A program made the translations under genes and the position numbers. A stretch of DNA of 64,000 nucleotides from an uncultured Nitrospiraceae bacterium (GTDB lineage Bacteria > Nitrospirota > Nitrospiria > Nitrospirales > Nitrospiraceae), in contig CAVSTP010000004.1 in the NCBI GenBank assembly GCA_963730935.1, forward strand, positions 1 to 64,000. Reading direction: 5' to 3'. Below are positions 19,505 through 28,776 of the stretch, in pieces. How positions within the stretch are numbered: the first letter of the stretch is position 1; each line of letters opens with the position of its first letter. The notes beneath the pieces are model-generated. The model was not told the origin of the DNA and did no database searches. It worked only from the letters and a program-made list of their open reading frames with translations.

Positions 19505-21865
19505 CTAGCCAGCGCTCCCGTGCCGGGCCGGGATCGCACGGACAGTTCCAAGCACATGAATCGCGTTGCCGGCGTGATCACGGACGATATGACCGGTCCA
19601 GATGCAGGACAGGATCAGGCCGTCCGACCGCTTCACACGATGCTGGAAGGTGACCGTCGCACGGGACGGTTCCAAGACCTGTCGGGCGGCCTGCGCCATG
19701 TCATCACGATCATCGGGATGCACGAACGCCAGCAATCCCCGGTGCGTCTTATGGCCAGGGACAGGCGGCATGCCGAGGAATTCGTCCACTTGCGGCGACC
19801 AAAACATGCAATCGGTTTCGAGGTCCCAATTCCACATGCCACTTTGTGTGGAACTCAGCGCCAGACGCAGCTGCTGTTCGTGGGAGCGAAGTACGTTCTC
19901 GGCCTGCTTGCGTTCACTGATGTCGGTGGAAATCCCGCAGAGGGCGTAGGGGATTCCGGCCTGGTCGCGGAGGGGAAACTTGATCGAGATATAGGTGTGG
20001 AGTCCGTCGAGGTGAGGAGCCGTCTCCTCATATTCGACCGTGGAATTCCGCTCCAACACCTCCACGTCATTGGCGCGAAAGGCGTCGGCAAAATGGCGCG
20101 GAAAAATCTGATGATCGGTAAATCCGATGATTTGCTCTGCTCGCAATCCGAAGATTTCTTCGAAGCGTCGATTGACGAAGATATACCGCCCGCTGGCCTC
20201 CTTGACGTAGATGACGGCCGTCGTGTTGTTGGCCATATCCTGCAGAAATTGCTGACTTCGACGCAGCGCATCCTCCGCGCCTTTCCGTTCCATGATCGAT
20301 TGCAGGGACCCCGTCATTCGGGTCACCCGGCCCTCGGCATCCCAGATCGCCTGGCCCCGGGCCCGCACCCAGTGATATTCCCCTGACTTGGTGAGCAGCC
20401 GGTATTCCTCGTCGTACGGGACACGGCGATCAAAATGGGCGTTGAGTGCGTCGAAGACGCGCTCGCGATCGTCGGGATGTAACCGCGATGTCCAGCTCTC
20501 CAAGACGTTGGGAAACTCCTCATCCGCATAGCCGAGCATGGATTTGACGCGAGGCGACCACCAAATCGGCGTGCTCGGGGAACTCCAGTGTTCGTTCGGA
20601 AGCACACGGCCGTCCCAATAGCCGTCGCTCGAACCTCGGATCACCATCTCCAACCGTTCTTCGCTGGCCTTCAGCGCCGACTCGGCTTGCTTACGGGCGG
20701 TAATGTCGCGAAAGACAATGACCGCGCCGACGACTCGCTCGGCCTCCGTTATGGGAGTGCAGACATACTCGACCGGAAATGCGCTGCCATCCTTGCGCCA
20801 GAAGACTTCGTCGACCACGCGATGAACCAGTCCATCTCGGATGGCGGCGTGTACGGGACATGCCTCCACCGGATACGGGGTGCCGTCATGCCTGGTATGG
20901 TGGAGGACGTCATGCATGCGGCGGCCCAACAGTTCCTCCACGGGGTAGCCCAACATACCGGCTGCGCTGGCGTTGACGAAGGTCGTATTCCCCTGATCAT
21001 CGAGGCCGTAAATGCCTTCGCCTGCCTGTGTCAGAATGAGGGTGTGCTGATGTTGCAGTTTCTCGAGCGCCTGAGCCGCTTTCTTGCGCTCGGAGATATC
21101 GCGGATGATGCCGCTGTAGTAGCTGCCTTGCGCGGTTTTCCACGTCGCGAGGGATAATTCAATGGGAAACTCTTCCCCGGTGTTGCGAAGACCATGCAAC
21201 TCAACCACCGAGCCAATCAGGCGGCTGGTACCAGTGGCTTCGATCCGGGCCAAACCACGCTCATGCGCTTGCCGGTAGCGTTCCGGCATCAGGCACGTGA
21301 GCGGCTGCCCAAGGATCTCTTCCACGGAGTACCCAAACAGGAGTGATGCCGCCCGGTTCCAGGACACGATAATCCCGCGTCCATTGGCGACGACAATGGC
21401 GTCGGTTGCCGATTCGACGAGCGATTGAAAGCGGTGCTCGCTTTCAGTCAGTGATTGTTCCGCCCGCTCGGCTTTGACCGCCAGCTCTTTCACGCCGACC
21501 GCACGCAGGAGGGTCTGTCTCAGTTCCTCTCGGTTGTAGGGCTTGGTGAGGTAGGCGAATGCGCCTTTGCCGAGTGATCCGACGGTGCGCTCTTGCGCGA
21601 TATGCGCGGTCACGATGATCACCGGCAGCGAGGGGTCTCGGCGCTGCACGTCCTTCAGGACCTCCAACCCATCGCCGTCAGGGAGTCCCAGATCGAGGAG
21701 AATGGCATTGAAGCGCTGTTGCGCCACCAGCGCGATGGCGGCAGCACAGGTCCCTGCTACGGCCACCTCATAGCCGTCGTGCTGTAGCAAGTCCTGCAAC
21801 CCGATGACGATATCCGGGTGGTCTTCCACTATCAGCACGGAGTAGCGGCCGCCGGGAGTGACCAT
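19505..21865 (-). CDS. Response regulator receiver + five PAS/PAC domains, no output domain
   Basis: LLDLGLPDGDG REC; repeated PAS/PAC motifs; first PAS is FixL-like (MPERYRQAH). Confidence 0.88.
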   Translation of the reverse strand: MVTPGGRYSVLIVEDHPDIVIGLQDLLQHDGYEVAVAGTCAAAIALVAQQRFNAILLDLGLPDGDGLEVLKDVQRRDPSLPVIIVTAHIAQERTVGSLGKGAFAYLTKPYNREELRQTLLRAVGVKELAVKAERAEQSLTESEHRFQSLVESATDAIVVANGRGIIVSWNRAASLLFGYSVEEILGQPLTCLMPERYRQAHERGLARIEATGTSRLIGSVVELHGLRNTGEEFPIELSLATWKTAQGSYYSGIIRDISERKKAAQALEKLQHQHTLILTQAGEGIYGLDDQGNTTFVNASAAGMLGYPVEELLGRRMHDVLHHTRHDGTPYPVEACPVHAAIRDGLVHRVVDEVFWRKDGSAFPVEYVCTPITEAERVVGAVIVFRDITARKQAESALKASEERLEMVIRGSSDGYWDGRVLPNEHWSSPSTPIWWSPRVKSMLGYADEEFPNVLESWTSRLHPDDRERVFDALNAHFDRRVPYDEEYRLLTKSGEYHWVRARGQAIWDAEGRVTRMTGSLQSIMERKGAEDALRRSQQFLQDMANNTTAVIYVKEASGRYIFVNRRFEEIFGLRAEQIIGFTDHQIFPRHFADAFRANDVEVLERNSTVEYEETAPHLDGLHTYISIKFPLRDQAGIPYALCGISTDISERKQAENVLRSHEQQLRLALSSTQSGMWNWDLETDCMFWSPQVDEFLGMPPVPGHKTHRGLLAFVHPDDRDDMAQAARQVLEPSRATVTFQHRVKRSDGLILSCIWTGHIVRDHAGNAIHVLGTVRAIPARHGSAG

Positions 21866-22099
21866 CGTTTCCTTACGGGACGTGGAGTCCACTGTTCCGA
21901 CGTTTAAGTGCTGAGTTCAATTCATCACTGTGTCTGCGTGCTTGCTCTTCCTGGGGTTTACCATTACGGTTTTGTTTGGAAGTGATTGGACGATAACATT
22001 GTCGCGGGTCCGCTGGATGCGGTCAATAGCCTGGTAAGTACTCCAGTGCTTTGAGACTGAGTGTTCCTCATGACGTGTAACACTCCTGTAACAATGGAC

Positions 22100-24136
22100 T
22101 TAGAACCTCACGGTCAGCCAGCCCATAAAGCGCCGACCGATTTCTTCACCCAGGGGGTACTCTTTCGCCTTATCGTCTAGAGCATTGAAAACAGAGATGG
22201 CTACTTCCGCGCTCCGGAGGTATCCGCCTGCCGCCTTCTGTTGCCAGAAGCGATACGCGCCGCGTAGATTTAGAAGATTGTAACTGCCAACTGTCGGGTT
22301 CGGAGGCGTGACTAGTCCAATATCAGCGAGCGATTGAGTGCCCCTTCCTATAGGATAGGTGACGGAGCCGTAGTAATGGTAAATCGCCTCGGCGCTAAGG
22401 CCGTTCTCCCAGTCACCTCGTAGGCCGACATTGAACTTGTTATGAGGGCCAGCCCGTTTGACGCCGCCCGTGAAAGTCTGGCGAATATCCTGATAAGAAT
22501 AATTCCCAAACATTGTCAGCCATTTCGTCGCCAGAAACTCCGCGCCGATTTCTGTGCCATAGATGTCTGCTGATCCCGTATCATTGGTTATAATCACTGT
22601 GGTTGGAGAGATGTTTTGTCCTGCGAAAAGATCGGAGATGTGGTTAAAGAAGACCGCTCCACGTGCCCTCAGTCGATGTTTTAAGTACCATCCTTGGTAC
22701 TCACCTTCATAAGAAATAATTTCCTCTGGACTAAAACTCGGTCCACCGATAATCCTCGCCTGTATGGGAGGAAGTGGTGGATTGGTGGTGACTAAAATAT
22801 TAGCGTTTCTCTCGAATAGAGTGGGGGGCCTGTATGCAACCGATGCCGACACCCGAAACGTGTGATCTTGAGATGGGGAATAGATCAGTGCGACTCGTGG
22901 GCTGTATGTGGGATTGATGAATGTATCCATATCGTAACGTATGCCAGCCACAAGCGAGAGAGACTCAGCGAGCTTCACATCGTCTTGAAGAAAAAATCCT
23001 AGGCGATTTTCATGGCTGTCCTGCGTGATGAGGTTGCTGGAAAGGGTATTGTGGCGATAGTTTATTCCGTACGTCAGCCGATTTATGGACCAAAATTTAA
23101 AGCCGTGCTGGATGTCGATATTGTACGTATCGGCAAGGGTTGTAGTCGCCGAACTTCCATTCACAGTAGTAAAGTTTTGGAAGGGTGCTATCAGCGGATT
23201 GAATTGGTTGACGCCAGGAGCGTCAAGCCTTTGCCAATAGCCCCTAATGATCAAATCGGAAAGCTGATAGGTGACGTTGGCATATCCCTGGGAAGGCTTA
23301 AGAGAAACGACGGTATCCTGCTGTAGGGGACCATCCCATGCATTGCTGTCAACGAGTCCCCCCGACACGGTCAGTTTAGAAATGCTTGAAAAAGCGTACT
23401 CGGTTTGGATATTGAACAGATAATCTCGAAATGACAACGCATTCCGGTTCGTCCAATCCGCGTTCTGATTTGTGCCGACCGAGAGGCGATATCCGAACTT
23501 ATCCACCGTGCCAGCTTGTATGGCTGAGGCTGTGATCGTGCCAAAGTTTCCTCCTCCGAACTGCAACGTAGTCCCTTTCATCTCTTCAGGAGACTTCGTA
23601 ATGATATTGACGATTCCGTCGAAAGCATTGAACCCATAAATGGCAGAAGCAGGACCTTTCAATACTTCGATCCGCTTGATTTCCGGCAGGGTGACGGGAA
23701 GCAATTTCCAGAAAACGTTGCCTTGTGCGTCAATGTAGATTGAGCGTCCGTCCACCATGACTAGCAGTTTATTGGCAGCTGGTTGATTATCTCCGCGGAC
23801 ACTCACGTTAAAGTCAGTCCCGTTCATCTGCATTACTTCCATACCGGGAATACGGCGAAGTAAGGTGGGGATATCGATGGCACCTGACTGTCGAATATCT
23901 TCATCGGTGATCACATAGACATTGGACGCTGCCTGTGAGATGGGCTGCTCATACCGGCTCGCAATGCTCACGCTTTCTTCTTCCTTAATAAGTTCCAATT
24001 CCTCGGTCAGCGGAGCCTCGATCGCCGGTGGTGAAACCGGCTCCGCCTGCGTCTCTGCCTGTACCGGTGCGCTCAGCCCCACCGTCAGCAACGCAGCCAA
24101 CATCGGATGACCGAGTCTTGCCAATTCAGCAGCCAT
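22100..24136 (-). CDS. TonB-dependent outer-membrane receptor
   Basis: Plug motifs VITDEDIRQSGA, LLVMVDGRS, IKRIEVLKGPASAIYGFNAFDGIVNIITK; C-terminal Phe. Confidence 0.93.
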   Translation of the reverse strand: MAAELARLGHPMLAALLTVGLSAPVQAETQAEPVSPPAIEAPLTEELELIKEEESVSIASRYEQPISQAASNVYVITDEDIRQSGAIDIPTLLRRIPGMEVMQMNGTDFNVSVRGDNQPAANKLLVMVDGRSIYIDAQGNVFWKLLPVTLPEIKRIEVLKGPASAIYGFNAFDGIVNIITKSPEEMKGTTLQFGGGNFGTITASAIQAGTVDKFGYRLSVGTNQNADWTNRNALSFRDYLFNIQTEYAFSSISKLTVSGGLVDSNAWDGPLQQDTVVSLKPSQGYANVTYQLSDLIIRGYWQRLDAPGVNQFNPLIAPFQNFTTVNGSSATTTLADTYNIDIQHGFKFWSINRLTYGINYRHNTLSSNLITQDSHENRLGFFLQDDVKLAESLSLVAGIRYDMDTFINPTYSPRVALIYSPSQDHTFRVSASVAYRPPTLFERNANILVTTNPPLPPIQARIIGGPSFSPEEIISYEGEYQGWYLKHRLRARGAVFFNHISDLFAGQNISPTTVIITNDTGSADIYGTEIGAEFLATKWLTMFGNYSYQDIRQTFTGGVKRAGPHNKFNVGLRGDWENGLSAEAIYHYYGSVTYPIGRGTQSLADIGLVTPPNPTVGSYNLLNLRGAYRFWQQKAAGGYLRSAEVAISVFNALDDKAKEYPLGEEIGRRFMGWLTVRF

Positions 24137-24356
24137 GCCCGCCGCCTTCTCGACAGAATCAGTGCTGTATTCGTATGACCCTTAACCGGAGCTGAAGCCG
24201 CCAAGAGCCGACCTCCCCGGTCGGATTTCTATTTAGGCAAATCCATGTGAGGCCAAAGCAAGACGCATGCTTAAGAGTGAGGAGTCCAAATAGAGGGCAA
24301 ACGCACAGGCAGCGCCCTTTCCCAGCGATGGCTGTGCGAGAAACTGACGATGAAGC

Positions 24357-24731
24357 CTATTGACTGTGTTCTGAGATGGCTGAGGGCAAGGGAAGCGGTG
24401 CGGGACGGCTCTTCGTACGCGGACGACCTCGTTTGAGCGGAGCCAGACGCTGTGGAAATGCTTGTCCGTTGGCGGTCTCCATGTGAGTGACGGCGTCGTC
24501 GAGCGCGTCGCAGATGAGGCGCGCGAGCGGACCATGGCCGGTCCAATACACGGCGTTTCGAAGCCGCTCGAGCAACGAGAGAGGCAACGTGATCGTGACC
24601 CGCTGTTTCCGAGTCCTTGACGGGCTGGAATTGGGATCCGCGGAGCCGTTCACTGTCTTGGGCATGGTCGTTTCCAGCGTCGAAAGCATTGTGGCCTCGG
24701 AATGAGCGAGACGCAGTAGGTGATTATTCAT
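24357..24731 (-). CDS. Hypothetical protein, ribbon-helix-helix-like
   Basis: KQRVTITLPLSLLERLRNAVYW..LARLI.DAL; LKRGRPR tail. Confidence 0.6.
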   Translation of the reverse strand: MNNHLLRLAHSEATMLSTLETTMPKTVNGSADPNSSPSRTRKQRVTITLPLSLLERLRNAVYWTGHGPLARLICDALDDAVTHMETANGQAFPQRLAPLKRGRPRTKSRPAPLPLPSAISEHSQ

Positions 24732-24913
24732 GCGGCAATCGTCTGGTGCTTGAGTGCACCCTCTCCATGCTGAATGTCTTCACTGTTGCCGGAGGGTTTC
24801 GCCTCATGAGCTTGCCCTGATGCATGCTTGCTTTCCTCGACGGCAAGCCTCATTACCCAGATAAGGCCAATCAATCCGGTAAGAAGACCCGCGAGGACGA
24901 GTTCTTGTGTCAT
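24728..24913 (-). CDS. Small single-TM protein
   Basis: GGAGG RBS; LVLAGLLTGLIGLIWVM; ATGA overlap with the next gene. Confidence 0.6.
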   Translation of the reverse strand: MTQELVLAGLLTGLIGLIWVMRLAVEESKHASGQAHEAKPSGNSEDIQHGEGALKHQTIAA

Positions 24914-24971
24914 CTGGCACCTCCTAGCGTCTGGATCGCAACGTCGGTCTGAATTCCTACAGTGCTAATTC

Positions 24972-24987
24972 AGCAATCCTTATGCCT
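24972..24987 (-). promoter_or_regulatory. Sigma54 (-24/-12) promoter
   Basis: Minus strand AGGCATAAGGATTGCT = GG-N10-GC, about 60 bp upstream of the first gene of the TonB/sensor operon. Confidence 0.7.
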
Positions 24988-25123
24988 GAAGGGATATGTG
25001 AAGCCCGCCGGCATTGCGGCGTAAGAACGCGCATAAATCGTACAAGGGAATGCCTGTTTAGATGCATTCCTTAAAGGTGGCAGGTCCGATCTCTGGTGGC
25101 GAGACGCAGGTTGATCGTCTGCG

Positions 25124-25163
25124 GTGAATCATTATCGATCCGATGGTGAATCCTTTTGGATCA
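25124..25163. promoter_or_regulatory. Paired palindromes, putative enhancer (UAS) for a sigma54 activator
   Basis: GTGAATC-N6-GATCC and GTGAATC-N6-GATCA, 22 bp apart, about 140 bp upstream of the -24 box. Confidence 0.55.
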
Positions 25164-25205
25164 GAAGGAAGGATACAGGGAGGACCAACAAAAGCGTGGC
25201 GACTA

Positions 25206-25967
25206 TCAACGAGTGGATGGCTGAATCGAGCGTAGATCCCATTCGGCGACGCCGTTGAGTCCTACTTCCTTGAGGAGGCTCGCACGGAACCGTCTCAACT
25301 TGTCGTTCTTGGAATCGCTGTCAATGAGGTTGCATAAACAACCCATCGCATCGTACCAGAATCCAGCTTTGGCATTGTGAACGACTGTTTCAAAGCTACA
25401 TGTAATCTTAGCGCCCATCGGTTCGATGCATTCACTGAGATCACAACGTTCGATCACTCCGCCGGCGACCGGATTATTGGAGTGCTGATTGGCGTCGCGA
25501 ATGACCGACACAAACCATCTGTACTGCACGTTGGGCTCGAGTACGAAGCCAAGTTCTTTGAAGTTGATGGCATAAATGCCCGCCTGCTTGGGGGCTGGAA
25601 TAGATTTTTCTTGAAACGCCTTTGGTGAACGATCGTCTCTCAGGGTCACGACGACTTCGTGTGAGGTCGGCTTCGAGACGAACCAGTTCACCACGGGAGT
25701 TTCTTTACTCGTCAGTCCCACATGGTCCGGAACGAGTGCTTTGACCTCTGGCTCCGTGCCGTCGGTGCCGCGCACGTCGCCACCCACGCGGGCCCGCGGG
25801 GTAATCTTCTTGGGCGGTGTGTAGATGGGCTGATCTTCGGACGACTTGGGGGTGCCGGCCACGAGCAGCGTCGATTGCGCTAGGCCGACCGCACAGAGCG
25901 TCACCAGACCAATGAGCCACCGTGAGATGGAAGAGCCCTTCACGTGCATGGGGAGGAACTGTAGCAT
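25206..25967 (-). CDS. DUF928 family exported protein
   Basis: Y.PP...PR.RVGG..RG, ALVPDHVGLT....P, YRWFVSVI, AGFWYDA, RASLLKEVGL. Confidence 0.88.
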   Translation of the reverse strand: MLQFLPMHVKGSSISRWLIGLVTLCAVGLAQSTLLVAGTPKSSEDQPIYTPPKKITPRARVGGDVRGTDGTEPEVKALVPDHVGLTSKETPVVNWFVSKPTSHEVVVTLRDDRSPKAFQEKSIPAPKQAGIYAINFKELGFVLEPNVQYRWFVSVIRDANQHSNNPVAGGVIERCDLSECIEPMGAKITCSFETVVHNAKAGFWYDAMGCLCNLIDSDSKNDKLRRFRASLLKEVGLNGVAEWDLRSIQPSTR

Positions 25968-25981
25968 AACGTCCGTAGTGA

Positions 25982-28318
25982 TTACAGCCAGTTATTGAGC
26001 AACAAGAACGGCGACCAATAAGCCGGGTGATCATAGACGCGGTCATTCAGCAATTTGATTTGGGCACGCTGAATGGCCACCGCCTTTGAGACAGAGGGAT
26101 CGCGAAGCTGCCGGTAGAATTCGGAGACCAATGCCGCAGACGCCTCGTCGTTGATGAACCACAGAGTGGCCAACGCGCTGCGCGCTCCTGCTTTGATGGC
26201 CACACCGGCGAGGCCGAGCGCCGCTCTGTCGTCGCCAACGGCGGTTTGACAGGCGCTGAGTGTCAACAGCTCAAGCGGGTCTTGCCGGTAACGGAAGAGG
26301 CCGATCAATTGATCGAGTTTGTCCATAGTCAGTTTCCCATCAAAGGTCAACAAAAACGAATCATAGGCATCGGTCGAAAACTTGCCATGGGTCGCAATAT
26401 GAAGAATGCCATACCGGCTCTCACGCAATTCCTGTTCCAGCAGACCCGTACGGAATTGCTCATTGATCAACTGGTCAGCCTGAAAAAGCGTCGTTACAGA
26501 CTCGACCTCGTCTTTTACGTAGGGAAGTGACGGGTATCCCTGGACGGAGCTGATGAGCCCGCCGGCGAGCGTACGAATCTTCGCTAAATTTAGCGGACGC
26601 GGGTCAGTCAGATACAGGCCAGGCGTCATCGCAACGGCGTACTGCTGAATCAAAAATGATTTACCGTCATGTAAGGCAGAGAAGGGGATGGTGCGGAGCG
26701 AGCCATCCGGGACAAATACCAGTGTCTGGATCTTGTGGCGTATCAATTCCGATTCAAGCGGGCGGATCAGCCAATCGTAGAGCTGTTGTGAATGATCGAG
26801 ATATTCAAGTGTCGTTCGTTTCTCGACAGTCTTTCGAAATAATCGGACTTCTTTTGTCATATCCTCGGAGGTAATGGGCACGGAATAGCGCCGGATACCG
26901 GAGCTGAAGCTGGCCAAGAGTTCGATGCGATCCTTGAAGGCGATCGGGTAGATCACCGCGGTTGTCGGATCGATAGTGTCGAGCTTCGCGATTTTCGCTT
27001 GCAGTGCGTCCACGCATTGATCGCGAAAGTAATCTCTCAGCTCTGCCGCCTTGTACGTTTCAATGGCATCGCGTGCGTAGCGAAGATACTGCTCGGCTGC
27101 CTTATCGTCGGCCGTCAAGGTTGCTCGTTGAAAGAGAAGATCGGCCTGTTCAAAAAATAGAGGTTTGATGGGTTCTTCCCCTGAAAGCGATCCGAGCGAC
27201 AGTGCGGAGGCAACCTCCACGCGGATGGGCTTCAGCGCATCAGCGGCACGATAGTAGGCGGTGATGGCTTCATCCAATTTTCCGGTATTGGCCAACAACC
27301 GTCCCAATTGCCATTCCCAACGATAGAGCGATTCAGGGGCGTTGGCGGCTTGGGCGGAGAAAATGGCCTGTCTCGTCAATTGTAGGCCTTCATCATAGCG
27401 ATGCTCGGTCTCGTAGAGATGGCCGAGATATCCGTTCGCATAGGACCTGGCACGGACGTCCCCAATCTTGTCTGTCACGTCGTCCGCTTCGACAAATGCG
27501 CCGGCAGCCCGGAGCAGCAGTGCTGTGCCATTGGTGGGCATACCGGTGCGCAGTTGATGATAGCCCAGTCCGATCTGTATCAAGCTGGTTGCCTTCTCAT
27601 GGGAAGGCGGAAAATCCTTGAGCCCGTCCAGCGCCTTATCGAGCCAGTCTCTCGCGGCCTCCGGCTGGTTCAATGCCAAGGCGGTGCGTCCCGCATTGAT
27701 TCGTGCGCGGACGGTCAAGGGCCGATCGCCCGCAGCCTCAGCCTTGCTCGCCGCGTCGGTAAAGGACGCCATGGCCTCAGGCAGCTTTTTTTGAGCCACC
27801 TGGGTCAGGCCAAGATTGTTTTGAATGCCGGCGATGACCGGCGTCGCGTCCTGTGGAACGGTTTCCATCGCCTGCGTTAAGTGCGACATCGCCGCGTCAG
27901 GTTGGCGACCGGCGAGATAGGCATGGCCCAGGCTGCTCAGGACCGTGGCCGTCCAGACCTTATCCTGACTCTTCTGCGCGAGAGCCAACGCCACCTCGAG
28001 CTGCTGCAGCGCTTGCGTCACCTGTCCCATGGCTTCCGAAGCCTGCGCAGCTGCAACGAGCGCTCGGCTCTGTTCCATAGGCTTGTCTTGTTGTTCATAG
28101 CCCTGAGCCGCTTGCTTCCAGGCCCCCAAGGCCTTGTCAAACGCACCATGCTGATACGCTTGCAGCCCCTGCTTCATGAAGCTCTCAGGACCTGCATCGG
28201 ACGCCGCAATCGTTCCCGCAGTCCTGGTCAGCAGCAGACCCGTTGCGACCAGGATGACGAGCGCCAATCGAGCGAGGTGCGATGTCATAGCACAAGTCTT
28301 GTGCATATGTTGTTCCAC
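25982..28318 (-). CDS. Exported TPR + CHAT (caspase-like peptidase) domain protein
   Basis: Signal peptide, TPR repeats, LVFVPDGSLRTIPFSAL, LHIATHG (His), LSACQTA (Cys), HPAYWSPFLLLNNWL. Confidence 0.92.
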   Translation of the reverse strand: MEQHMHKTCAMTSHLARLALVILVATGLLLTRTAGTIAASDAGPESFMKQGLQAYQHGAFDKALGAWKQAAQGYEQQDKPMEQSRALVAAAQASEAMGQVTQALQQLEVALALAQKSQDKVWTATVLSSLGHAYLAGRQPDAAMSHLTQAMETVPQDATPVIAGIQNNLGLTQVAQKKLPEAMASFTDAASKAEAAGDRPLTVRARINAGRTALALNQPEAARDWLDKALDGLKDFPPSHEKATSLIQIGLGYHQLRTGMPTNGTALLLRAAGAFVEADDVTDKIGDVRARSYANGYLGHLYETEHRYDEGLQLTRQAIFSAQAANAPESLYRWEWQLGRLLANTGKLDEAITAYYRAADALKPIRVEVASALSLGSLSGEEPIKPLFFEQADLLFQRATLTADDKAAEQYLRYARDAIETYKAAELRDYFRDQCVDALQAKIAKLDTIDPTTAVIYPIAFKDRIELLASFSSGIRRYSVPITSEDMTKEVRLFRKTVEKRTTLEYLDHSQQLYDWLIRPLESELIRHKIQTLVFVPDGSLRTIPFSALHDGKSFLIQQYAVAMTPGLYLTDPRPLNLAKIRTLAGGLISSVQGYPSLPYVKDEVESVTTLFQADQLINEQFRTGLLEQELRESRYGILHIATHGKFSTDAYDSFLLTFDGKLTMDKLDQLIGLFRYRQDPLELLTLSACQTAVGDDRAALGLAGVAIKAGARSALATLWFINDEASAALVSEFYRQLRDPSVSKAVAIQRAQIKLLNDRVYDHPAYWSPFLLLNNWL

Positions 28319-28357
28319 TCAGTCACTTCCCCTCTCTTACATCACCAACGTCATAAA

Positions 28358-28740
28358 TGCTCCCTCCAAGCTCGGTCGCTGCGCTGAATGGTAGCCTTTT
28401 ACGACTTGCGATGGGTGCACGGTCCCTCGCGCTGCTGTCGCCATAGGCGATGGCATTATGGTGCTCCTTCCAAGCTCGCTCGTTCACCTCTCCCTCCGCA
28501 GGTAGGATTGTTTCCCTGGAGGGATGGGATAACCGCATACGACTTGTGCCGAGGCTCGGGCACTTTCTCACCCACCCGGCCCTGCCGCGCCGAGACGCGG
28601 CTTGTCCGCAAACTGCTGAGCCAAGGCGGTCGTGCTGCACGACGGCGAGCACTGTCCGATGGTCCGTTCACGCGAAGCGCCAACGGACCGAGTTGCACAG
28701 CCGAGCAGAGGCGAAGCACTGTACGGTCGAACTGAGGCAC
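28358..28740. repeat. Composite intergenic repeat (inverted relative of 57880..58433 units)
   Basis: Shares reverse-complemented blocks GCACCCATCGCAAGTCG, AGCTTGGAGGGAGCA, CGCGTCTCGG and GGGTGAGAAAG; TGCTCCYTCCAAGCTCG occurs twice. Confidence 0.7.
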
Positions 28741-28776
28741 TGGAGTATGAGGACATCCCATCCCGAGAAATCCCTT

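Noticed and set aside
19388..20386. 332-aa plus-strand ORF
   Set aside because: Antisense shadow of the REC-PAS gene.
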